A DNA stretch of 64,000 nucleotides, taken from Alphaproteobacteria bacterium. GTDB lineage: Bacteria > Pseudomonadota > Alphaproteobacteria > MPNO01. Each line of letters begins with the position of its first letter. Positions within the stretch are counted from its first letter, which is position 1. Positions 55,977 to 64,000 of this stretch are shown piece by piece. The stretch spans positions 1,472,001 through 1,536,000 of the forward strand of contig CBDFLJ010000001.1 of assembly GCA_965248835.1 (NCBI GenBank), in the 5' to 3' direction. The notes under the pieces are model-generated. The model did not search any database. It had not been told where the DNA came from and worked only from the letters and a program-made list of their open reading frames with translations. Made by a program: the position numbers and the translations under genes.

Positions 55977-58111
55977 CAGCGATAAAGACCCCAGAACGGC
56001 TGGTCGTAGGCCGCAAGACGGGGCTCGGGCCAGCTTCCGTATTTCTCGATCACCGTCTCGGGCGGCCGCTTTCCGGACCAGCTCCGGGTGAAGGCCTCGA
56101 ACGTCCTGCCCTTGGCAAGGCGCTCGGTGCGGATGGCGTTTCGTCTCCGCTCGGTGGCCGCGTGGTCGATTCCGCCCTGCCGGTCGAGGACGACGCCGTA
56201 GATCTTGACGGCCACCTCGGTGGTGATCAGCCCTTCGTCGAGGTCGCGCCGTACCGCGGCCGGGTCCCGCTCGAGCACGTCGCCGTAGCCGCCGCCCGCG
56301 CCGACGCTGTGGACCACCAGGTCGGTCTCGCCGAACCCCTCGGCGTCCTTGGACGAGGAGGTGACCACATAGGTGCCGCCGATGCGGCTCTCGGCAAGCA
56401 GCGCATATTGTCCGAGCTCGACGTCCTCGCCGGCCTGCACGCGGCGCATCAGGTCTGCGTCGCGGATCACCAGCCGCGGGTTGGGCGGGCCGGCATAGCC
56501 GCCGAACAGGCCGAAGTTGAAGCTCAGCTTGTCGCAGCTCCCCCAGGAGCTCATCTGACAGGCGGCCTCGCCGCAGCCCATCGCGACCTCGAGCAGCGGC
56601 GTGCCGCCGCGATACTTGCCGAATCCGTGGAAATTCTTGTCGAGCTTGCGCGACAGGATCAGATGGGGCAGCCGCTCGTCCTGCTCCTCGACCTCGCCGG
56701 CATCGGTCCACGGCCCCCAATAGAAACCCAGCGCATGCTCGCCGTCCATGTCCAAGCGCCCGCCGCCGCCGCCGGCATTGGCTGCCCCGCCGTAATTGAC
56801 GGCGAAATAGCCGCGCCGGTTGGTGCCGGCGAAGATCGGCAGTGAATAGTTGCGCGACTGCGGCGCCTGGACGGCCTCGCGGTGATCGCTGTCGAACAGC
56901 ATCTTGGCGCCGACCATGTACATGTTCTGGGTGGCGAACGAGCAGGTCTGGTTGGCGAGTCCGTGGGCGAGCTCGTCCGAGGAGTTCATCATCGAGGGGC
57001 CCTCGACATAGTAGCTCACCGGTTCGAGCAGCCCGGCATTGGCCGGCAACAGACCGCGGAAGAAGTAGGAGAACAGATAAACCGCGGTCGCGGCTCGGGT
57101 CAGGTGCCAGCTCGAATTGAACGGCCCTTCATCGTTCTCCGGCGAGACGCCCTGGAGGATGACCGCCAGGCTGTCGTCTTCCTTGACGACGGTCAGCGGC
57201 ACGCGGGTAAGCCCGAAGAAGGTACCGTGCTCGTCGTTGAACAGGATCGATCGGAACACGCCGTCGTTGATCTCGCGCAGACGCGCGCGGGCGCTTTGCT
57301 CGCCGCGCACCAGCACGCCGCGCATGCCGCCGACCACCGGCTCGACACCGCGGCGCTCGACCTCGCGCAGGAACCGGCGGCGGATCTGGAACAGCGTAGC
57401 CACCCGCGACTTGAGGTCCGCCTCGAAGACCAGCGGGTTGCGCACCGACCCGGCCATGTAGTCGAGCACGTCGCGCCGGATCTGGAAGTCGCGGCCGATG
57501 CGCACGGCCGGCATGTGGAAGCCTTCCTCGTAGCGCGACTTGGCGGTCGGTGCGAACCCGCCCGGGGTGATCGAGCCGGTATCGCCCTGGTGGCCGCCGA
57601 CCTCGGCCCAGGCGACCAGCCGGTCCTGCCAGAAGATCGGCATTGCGGTGAACATGTCGAGGTTGTGGATCCCGCCGGCGAGTTCCTCGTTGAAGAAAAA
57701 AATGTCGCCGTCGGCGAGCCCGACCGAGGGGTCGTCGCGGTAGTATTTCAGGATGTATTTGAGCTGGGCGTTGTTGAGCAGCGTATGGAAATAGATCCCG
57801 GTGCCGACGACGACCGGATCGCCCGATGCGGTGAAGATCCCGCAATTCATGTCGCCGGTGATAATTCCTTCCGAGATCGACAGCGACATATAGACGTCGC
57901 GCGCCTCCTCGACGATCGAGCTCAGCTTGTGGGTCAGGATCTCGACATCGATATCGGACAGCAGCGCCATGCCGGCCCGCTCGATTTCGGTGACCGGCTC
58001 CAGCCCCCGGCAGATCAACTCCGGATCGCAGCCCGGCCGCTTTGCATAGACGTCGCGGTCATAGATCAGGTCGTCGAAAAGCCGGACATGACGGTCGAAC
58101 AGGACGCCCAT
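55976..58111 (-). CDS. Acetophenone carboxylase ApcD-like hydantoinase-B-type subunit
   Basis: 711 aa; GDMNCG, GIHNLD, GHQGDTG, GFGKYRGG, GGGYGDVLERDP, ERLAKG. Confidence 0.82.
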   Translation of the reverse strand: MGVLFDRHVRLFDDLIYDRDVYAKRPGCDPELICRGLEPVTEIERAGMALLSDIDVEILTHKLSSIVEEARDVYMSLSISEGIITGDMNCGIFTASGDPVVVGTGIYFHTLLNNAQLKYILKYYRDDPSVGLADGDIFFFNEELAGGIHNLDMFTAMPIFWQDRLVAWAEVGGHQGDTGSITPGGFAPTAKSRYEEGFHMPAVRIGRDFQIRRDVLDYMAGSVRNPLVFEADLKSRVATLFQIRRRFLREVERRGVEPVVGGMRGVLVRGEQSARARLREINDGVFRSILFNDEHGTFFGLTRVPLTVVKEDDSLAVILQGVSPENDEGPFNSSWHLTRAATAVYLFSYFFRGLLPANAGLLEPVSYYVEGPSMMNSSDELAHGLANQTCSFATQNMYMVGAKMLFDSDHREAVQAPQSRNYSLPIFAGTNRRGYFAVNYGGAANAGGGGGRLDMDGEHALGFYWGPWTDAGEVEEQDERLPHLILSRKLDKNFHGFGKYRGGTPLLEVAMGCGEAACQMSSWGSCDKLSFNFGLFGGYAGPPNPRLVIRDADLMRRVQAGEDVELGQYALLAESRIGGTYVVTSSSKDAEGFGETDLVVHSVGAGGGYGDVLERDPAAVRRDLDEGLITTEVAVKIYGVVLDRQGGIDHAATERRRNAIRTERLAKGRTFEAFTRSWSGKRPPETVIEKYGSWPEPRLAAYDQPFWGLYR

Positions 58112-58118
58112 GCCGTCC

Positions 58119-60248
58119 TCAGTCCAGTCGCTCGATCCAGCCGGTGCCCCAGCCGTCGGTGCGGAACCTCCAGCCTGGCGGCGTGACGATGACGGTATCC
58201 TCGGCCTCGCACAGCACCGGACCCGGGAACGCGACCTTGGCGCCCAGGGTCTCGCGGCGGTAGATCGGCGTGTCGATGAACCCGAGCTCGGGTCCCCAAT
58301 AGGCCGGCCGCGTGCCGGTGCGCGAGGCTTCGGGGTCGGTATCTTCCTCGACCGGCTCGAAGGCGTGCTTGTCCGCCGCGCCGATCGCGTTCAGCCGCAC
58401 CTCGACCATCTCGATCCCGGCCTCCGGATAGCACGCGCCTTCGCCGTATTTCTCGGCGTAGGTGGCGTTGAAGGAATCGCAGACCGCCTTGATGTCCGCG
58501 GCGTCTCTCAGCCGCAGGCCGGGGACCCGGATCGGCAGGGTCTGGCGCTGCTGGCCGTAGCAGATGTGGACTTCCACCTGCAGCGTGACCGCGTCGAGAT
58601 CGAAGCCTTCCTCGGTCATGTCTCGCCTGCCGAACGCCATCAGCCGGTCGACCTCGGCGTTGAACCGCTCGATATTGCCGGTGGCATAGGTCCCGTCGCG
58701 GTGCGAGTAGAGGTTGAGGTGGAGCGTCCGCTCGTAGGTCTGCAGAACATCCATGGTCAACGTCGAGAAGGCGCCAAACACCGAGGAGACTGAGAACGTC
58801 GCAACCCGGCTGACGTCTGCGCCGTCTGCGTAGCCGGTCGCGTGCGCGGGCCCGGCGCCGCCGAGCGCGAACAGCACGAAGTCGCGCGGGTCCTGGCCGG
58901 AGGTCAGCGCGCAGATGCGGTACATCTCCTGGCCCATATAGCCGTCGATCAGCCGCTTGATGTCCCAGGCGGCCTCCACGACCGACTTGCCCAGGGGCGC
59001 GGCGATGTGGCTGCGGATCGCCGCCTCGGCGCGGGCGGCGTCGATCCGCAGCCGCCCGCCGAGGAAATTCTCCGGGTTGATGTAGCCCAGCACGACATCC
59101 GCATCGGTCACCGTCGGGTCGTCGCCGCCGCGGCCGTAGCACGCCGGCCCGGGGTTGGAGCCGGCGCTTTCCGGCCCGACCCGCAGGTCGCCCTCGACCA
59201 TTTTGGCGATCGAGCCGCCGCCCGCGCCCACCGACCAGTGCGCCACGTAAGGGATCTGCACTCTGAACCGGTCGATCACCGGGTCGTACTCGTAGACCCG
59301 ATCGCGCCCCTCGACGACCAGACCGACGTCGAAGCTCGTCCCGCCCATGTCGGAGACGATGATATTGGGCGCGCCGATGATCCCGCCGATATGGTCCGAG
59401 CCGATCACCGTCGCCACCGGGCTCGAGCCCAGCAGGTGAAGCGCCTGGGAACGCGACAGCGAGGACAGCCCGCCGGTGTTCTTGGCCACGAACACCGGCT
59501 TGCGGTAGCCCACCTCGCGCAGGTCATCGGACAGCCGCAGCACGTGCCCCTCGGTCAGGTCGCGCAGATAGGCATCGATGATCACCGTCATCGAGCGCCG
59601 GTATTCGCCGGCCTTGGGCGAGATTTCGTGCGACAGGAAGATAGGCATGTGGCCGAGGTAGCATTCCGGGAACTGCTCGGCGATGAGAGCGCCGACCCGC
59701 CGTTCGTGAACCGGGTTGACGTAGGCGTTGAGCAGCACGACCACGAAACCGCGCACGCCCCGGTCGACCAGGGATTGGACCTGGGTGCGGACGTCTTCGT
59801 CGCGCATCGGGATGATCACGTTCCCGAGATTGTCGATGCGTTCCTGGATGCCGACGATGCGGTCCTGCGGCACCAGCGGCGCCGGCCGGACCGCGCGCCC
59901 GCGGTCGTACTTCTTCTCCGTCGGCAGCCCGTCGCCCCAGTTGCGCGCCCGCCCGACATGAACGGTGTGCTCGAACCCCTTGGTGGTGATCAGGCCGAGC
60001 CGCGCGCCGCGCCGTTCGATCAGCGCGTTGGTCCCCACCGTGGTGGAGTAGGCGATCGACTCAGCGCCCTTCAGCGCATCATCGAGGTCGAGCCCGGCGC
60101 GGGCGACCGCCGCACGGGTCGCGTTCATGAACCCGACCTTGAGGTCGTAATGGGTGGTGTCGGACTTGCCGCGGTACAATTCGCCGTCGCGGATGTAGAC
60201 GACGTCGGTGAACGTGCCGCCGATATCGACGCCGATGGAGCCGCTCAT
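58119..60248 (-). CDS. Acetophenone carboxylase ApcC-like hydantoinase-A-type subunit
   Basis: VDIGGTFTD, KSDTTHYDL, YSTTVGTNALIER, DMGGTSFD, SAGSNPGPACY; ATG 60248 overlaps the small-subunit stop. Confidence 0.82.
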   Translation of the reverse strand: MSGSIGVDIGGTFTDVVYIRDGELYRGKSDTTHYDLKVGFMNATRAAVARAGLDLDDALKGAESIAYSTTVGTNALIERRGARLGLITTKGFEHTVHVGRARNWGDGLPTEKKYDRGRAVRPAPLVPQDRIVGIQERIDNLGNVIIPMRDEDVRTQVQSLVDRGVRGFVVVLLNAYVNPVHERRVGALIAEQFPECYLGHMPIFLSHEISPKAGEYRRSMTVIIDAYLRDLTEGHVLRLSDDLREVGYRKPVFVAKNTGGLSSLSRSQALHLLGSSPVATVIGSDHIGGIIGAPNIIVSDMGGTSFDVGLVVEGRDRVYEYDPVIDRFRVQIPYVAHWSVGAGGGSIAKMVEGDLRVGPESAGSNPGPACYGRGGDDPTVTDADVVLGYINPENFLGGRLRIDAARAEAAIRSHIAAPLGKSVVEAAWDIKRLIDGYMGQEMYRICALTSGQDPRDFVLFALGGAGPAHATGYADGADVSRVATFSVSSVFGAFSTLTMDVLQTYERTLHLNLYSHRDGTYATGNIERFNAEVDRLMAFGRRDMTEEGFDLDAVTLQVEVHICYGQQRQTLPIRVPGLRLRDAADIKAVCDSFNATYAEKYGEGACYPEAGIEMVEVRLNAIGAADKHAFEPVEEDTDPEASRTGTRPAYWGPELGFIDTPIYRRETLGAKVAFPGPVLCEAEDTVIVTPPGWRFRTDGWGTGWIERLD

Positions 60249-60652
60249 CGCTTCGCCGCCTTCGCGTTCGCCTTTGTCCCGGCTTTTGTCTTCGGCTTGG
60301 CCGGGGCCTTGCGCCGGCGCGACCTTATGCCGTGCTTTTGCTTCAGCTTGTCGAGATCGAGCTGGATGTCCCAGGTCAGCGGATGGCCCGGCGGCAGATA
60401 CTCGTTCTCGACCATGACCGCACAGCCCGGACAATAGAACTCGACGATCCGCATCCATTCCGGATCGAATGAAAAGTTGAATTCCTTGCTCGGCCCGATC
60501 GGGAAATGGATCTCCCGCGGGTCGCGTTCGCGGACCAGGCAGCCCCTCTTGTAGGATTCGCGCGCATCGCCGAGGTCGTGATCGCACCGGTTGCAGCACC
60601 ACCGCTCGGCCTCGAGATCGATGTCGAGATACTCGGTGATCCTCACCCGCAT
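60245..60652 (-). CDS. Acetone-carboxylase-gamma family small subunit (ApcB-like)
   Basis: RITEYLDIDL, CNRC, ARESYKRGCLV, EFYCPGC, EYLPPGHP match recalled ApcB; two CxxC pairs. Confidence 0.88.
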   Translation of the reverse strand: MRVRITEYLDIDLEAERWCCNRCDHDLGDARESYKRGCLVRERDPREIHFPIGPSKEFNFSFDPEWMRIVEFYCPGCAVMVENEYLPPGHPLTWDIQLDLDKLKQKHGIRSRRRKAPAKPKTKAGTKANAKAAKR

Positions 60653-60789
60653 CGCGCCGGCCCCGCCTGTTGTCGGTCGAATTCGTTAGGCGGCTAACTT
60701 TTCGCAGCGCGGTAGCGTCCGGTCAAGAATTACCAGGGTTCAACCGCTCGCAGGACGGATCGTGCGCCTCGTCCGCGCCCCATTCCCGC

Positions 60790-62337
60790 TCACGCGTCCA
60801 GGTCGCCGAGCTGAGGGAAGTGTTCGGCCCGGAAGGACGAATAGGCGACGGCGTTCTCTGCCGAGTCGTCGTCGACCGTCAATTCGAACACGATTTCGTC
60901 CGGCGACGCTTTCGCCGTCTCGATCTGCCGCAATTTGCAGTGACCTTCGTCGAGCCTGTCCGAAGGCGTGCCGTCGACGCTGCACACGCCGCCGTAGTTG
61001 ATGTAGGTGTTGCCGGTCGAGGGCAACCGGTAGGCGCCGCTCTGGAAGCACGAATAAGTCCCGTCATCCGCCCGGCCTCGCGCCCAGATCTGGCGCGCCG
61101 TCATACCGTCACGATCGACGGCGAACTCGACGGCCCGGCTGTAGCAGTCCACCTCCGGCATCCCGGGCGCGAACGGGATCGCACGGTGGTTGCCGTTGTC
61201 GAAGCACAACAGAGTGCCCGCGGGCGTGATCGAGCAATCGTGCTGGTGATAGGGCCATTCGAGCCCGGGTGCTGCGGTGAGCAGCTTGTCCGTCCAGGGC
61301 GCGCGCCAGCCCGCGTGATCGCCCAGTATCCAGACCAGTTCGCCGCTAGCGCGGTCGATCTTGATCAGGCAGTCCTGATGCCGGACCGAGGCGACGAAGC
61401 CGTCATCGGCGCCGTCATAGGCGAGCGCGTTGACGTGGCTCCAATCGCAGGTGCCGGGAAAGCCGCGGCGGACCCAATAGGCGCTGCGGCTGCCGTAACA
61501 GACGCGTCTCGGGTCGAGCAGGTCGAGCAGCCGGTATTCGTTGACGACCGTCCCGTCGCGGGCGAATTCGACGATCACGTCGCCCACCAGGCGGGCGGTC
61601 TCGGTTCCCCCTTCGGGGTCGTCCTCCGTCGCCGGGAAGCCGTCGATCTCGCGGATCTCCATGCTGCACGCCAGAAGATTGCCCCACGGCAGCTCGATCG
61701 CCGCGTGGTGGAACATTCCCGCCGCGACCTCGCGCGCGCCGGCCTGCGGCGTGCGGTCCTCCCAGCGTCCCTTCGCGTACCATTCGGCCCTGGTGTCGCC
61801 CAGGAGATCGATCTCGCGGACCCGCCCGTCGGCGACATACAGCAGGTTGCCGTTGGCGAGCCGCCGCACATCGCCGATCGCCTCGTCGATGCGGTAGGTC
61901 CAGACGATCTCCCCCCAGCGGTCGATTCCGACCAGGAGGCCGAATCCCGGGAGGTGCTCGGATGCGGGCGAGTGCCGGATGTTGAACACCATCACCCCGG
62001 GCTCGCGTCTCTCGGGGATGCAGGACATCACCTTGAGGAGCGGAAAATCGTCTGCCAGCTCGGGCGCGGTGAAGCCGAGCGTCTCGACCGCCCGGTTTCC
62101 TTCCCCGTCCTGCGCGGTCACCACGATCGCATGGTCACGGCCGGGGCGGAGCCCGATCACCGGGACGCTGTGCCGGGTCCGGCGCTGTTCGACGGAATCA
62201 ACGGTCCAGCGGCGCTCTCCCTCCGAGACCTCCAGCACGGCGCGGGACGGCGTATCGGTCGTGAACGCGACGATGGCCGAAAGAGGCGCCCGTTCGTTGG
62301 GGTTTGCGGAAGCGACCGGCGCGGTCACGAACTTCAT
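60790..62337 (-). CDS. Aryl-sulfate sulfotransferase (ASST, PAPS-independent)
   Basis: N-terminal NP...PLSA Ig-like domain, FHH, DWSHVN, SVRHQ, YHQH, FDNG, YSRAVEF. Confidence 0.88.
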   Translation of the reverse strand: MKFVTAPVASANPNERAPLSAIVAFTTDTPSRAVLEVSEGERRWTVDSVEQRRTRHSVPVIGLRPGRDHAIVVTAQDGEGNRAVETLGFTAPELADDFPLLKVMSCIPERREPGVMVFNIRHSPASEHLPGFGLLVGIDRWGEIVWTYRIDEAIGDVRRLANGNLLYVADGRVREIDLLGDTRAEWYAKGRWEDRTPQAGAREVAAGMFHHAAIELPWGNLLACSMEIREIDGFPATEDDPEGGTETARLVGDVIVEFARDGTVVNEYRLLDLLDPRRVCYGSRSAYWVRRGFPGTCDWSHVNALAYDGADDGFVASVRHQDCLIKIDRASGELVWILGDHAGWRAPWTDKLLTAAPGLEWPYHQHDCSITPAGTLLCFDNGNHRAIPFAPGMPEVDCYSRAVEFAVDRDGMTARQIWARGRADDGTYSCFQSGAYRLPSTGNTYINYGGVCSVDGTPSDRLDEGHCKLRQIETAKASPDEIVFELTVDDDSAENAVAYSSFRAEHFPQLGDLDA

Positions 62338-62426
62338 GGTCTCGCTCCCCGATGCCCCGCCCGTTGTAATATTCGCCCCGTCTGTTAGTGTTTTTCGACG
62401 ACGGGCGAGGCGAGGGGGACCATAGC

Positions 62427-63521
62427 ATGGGACCGATCCAGCGGCTACCGGCGGGCCTGATCGCCGGCTTCATCGTGGTTGCCGGTGTGGTTGCCGGTGT
62501 CGATGCACGGGCGAAGACGTATTTCGAGGGAAAGACGATCACGGTGCTGAGCCCGGTGCCGGGCGGCAGCGGCCTGGACCGGCTCACCCGCGCCTTCGTG
62601 CGGCACTGGCCGGGGCACATCCCGGGCAAACCCAACATGATCGTCAAGAACATGCCGGGCGGCGGCGGCGCCAAGCCCTTGAACTTCCTTTACGAGCGTG
62701 GCCGGCCGGATGGGCTCACACTCTATCTGGGTCCGTGGAACGCACCCGGCGTCGTGGTCGGCACCCCGGGGCTGCGCTACACGCCCGAAAAGTTCGTGAT
62801 GATCGGCGCCGGCGGCCTGGACCGGGTGACGCTGATGCGCACCGACGTCGCGCCCGGCATCAGGACGCCGGCCGACGTGATGAAGGCGCCCGGCTTCAAT
62901 GTCGGCGGAAGGCGCGCCGATCAGATGCTGGATTTCCTCGGCAACCTCGCCTTCGAGATGATCGGGGCGAAGTACAGATTCATCGGCGGCTACCGCGGCA
63001 TGGCCAAGATCCGCCCGGCCTTCATGTCCAACGAAGTGCAGGCCGCGAACAGCGGGAGCATCGGCTATTACGTCTTCTTCAAGGACACGATGCTGAAGGA
63101 CGGCTCAGCCATTGCGCTGTGGTCGCATCCCGATTTCGACAAGGCGGGCAATCCGGTCAAAGCCGTTTCGTTTCCCGGCGTGCCGAGCTTCGAAGAGGTG
63201 TATCGGGAGGTGCACGGCAAGATGCCCTCGGGCCCCCTCTGGAAGACCTACAAATGGTACTCGCAGGTTCTGGGGAACACGACCTTCACCGTCTTCGCTG
63301 CGCCCGGCACGCCGGCGGAACCGACCGCGGTCCTGCGTGCTTCCTACAAGGCCACGACGCAGGATCCCGCCTATTACGAACCGGAGAGGAAGCGGCTCGG
63401 CGGCACCGGGGTCAACTTCATCGGCGTCGAGGAAGCGCTGCACGTCCAGAAGACGTTCCGCAAGGTCGATCCCGACGTGCTCGCGACATTGAAGAAGATA
63501 ACCACGGTCGGCCAGCGATAA
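62427..63521 (+). CDS. Tripartite tricarboxylate transporter (TctC/Bug-like) substrate-binding protein
   Basis: Signal peptide, YFEGKTITV, PGGSGLD, VKNMPGGGG, PDGLTL, GYRG. Confidence 0.85.
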   Translation: MGPIQRLPAGLIAGFIVVAGVVAGVDARAKTYFEGKTITVLSPVPGGSGLDRLTRAFVRHWPGHIPGKPNMIVKNMPGGGGAKPLNFLYERGRPDGLTLYLGPWNAPGVVVGTPGLRYTPEKFVMIGAGGLDRVTLMRTDVAPGIRTPADVMKAPGFNVGGRRADQMLDFLGNLAFEMIGAKYRFIGGYRGMAKIRPAFMSNEVQAANSGSIGYYVFFKDTMLKDGSAIALWSHPDFDKAGNPVKAVSFPGVPSFEEVYREVHGKMPSGPLWKTYKWYSQVLGNTTFTVFAAPGTPAEPTAVLRASYKATTQDPAYYEPERKRLGGTGVNFIGVEEALHVQKTFRKVDPDVLATLKKITTVGQR

Positions 63522-63551
63522 GGCCGCCTCTTCCCATGTGCGGCGGCGCGC

Positions 63552-64000
63552 TCAGCCGAACACCAGCGGCTGATGCCAGAAAACGTGCATCACCTGGTCG
63601 TAGAAGCCGTAGAGGAATGCCCAGCCGCCGGCAGCGTAGGCGAGCGAGACCCTCCAGCGATAACCGCCCCATCGCCGCAGATAGAGGGCGACGAACAGCG
63701 GCAGGGCGATCATCTGCCCGAAGAGATACGCGACCAGGATGAGCGCGACGAGGTAGCCGAAGAAGCACGCGGCGGGGCCGAGCAGCGCTTCTCGGGCGGC
63801 GGCCCCGGCTGCCGCCGCCAGGCCGCTTGCCTCGCGCACGGCAGCGCGCAGAAGCGGCGTCTCGCGCCATAGCACGGCGAAAGAGAGCACTGCGCCCGGG
63901 ATGGCGGCGGTCAAAGGGAACTGCCGGACGACCGCCGGCCAGTCGAGCGATTCGAGCGCCGCCAGAGCGAAGACCGCCGTCATCAGCACCGCGAACGGCA
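63552..64000 (-). CDS. 3' part of a TctB-like membrane protein (possibly a TctA-TctB fusion), truncated by the window edge
   Basis: Four hydrophobic helices, FP motif, ALPLFVALYL, C-terminal FDQ-like/W.QP pattern; frame open to 64000; convergent with the TctC-like gene. Confidence 0.65.
   Translation of the reverse strand, partial: PFAVLMTAVFALAALESLDWPAVVRQFPLTAAIPGAVLSFAVLWRETPLLRAAVREASGLAAAAGAAAREALLGPAACFFGYLVALILVAYLFGQMIALPLFVALYLRRWGGYRWRVSLAYAAGGWAFLYGFYDQVMHVFWHQPLVFG

Noticed and set aside
60697-60726. Possible sigma70 promoter (TTGACC on the minus strand) for the Apc-like operon
   Set aside because: The -10 element is a poor match, so it is too weak to report as a feature.
1-64000. 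rRNA, tRNA, CRISPR arrays, prophage or anti-phage defence genes
   Set aside because: Intergenic gaps are short and show no such structures, and no ORF has phage, Cas or defence-system motifs that I recognise.

Overview
This window is GC-rich, densely coding DNA, most likely from an alphaproteobacterium (Rhodospirillales-like, inferred from the suhB-efp-epmB/epmA neighbourhood and the large NAD-glutamate dehydrogenase). A few housekeeping genes (suhB, efp, epmB, epmA, large GDH, ilvE) sit among about 35 catabolic enzyme genes. These include five Rieske oxygenase alpha subunits with only one reductase, two orphan molybdenum-hydroxylase large subunits, a 3-hydroxyanthranilate dioxygenase, amidohydrolases, twin alpha/beta hydrolases, an acyl-CoA ligase, a MetE-like Zn enzyme and an arylsulfotransferase. 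Two blocks stand out. (1) 32.7-41.8 kb holds an OxoO/OxoR-like (2-oxoquinoline 8-monooxygenase-type) pair, flanked by a MetE-like gene and an M20-fold protein that has lost its canonical metal ligands. (2) 47.4-60.7 kb holds six hydantoinase/oxoprolinase-family large subunits, including a complete five-gene acetophenone-carboxylase-like operon in permuted order (B-C-D-E-A). Together they suggest an undescribed N-heterocycle/lactam catabolic system; this is an inference and the substrates are unknown. A 430-bp internally deleted IS1595-family remnant with intact terminal inverted repeats is also present. I recognised no transcription regulator, rRNA, tRNA or CRISPR array. Family assignments come from motifs read by eye and recalled reference sequences, not from database searches.
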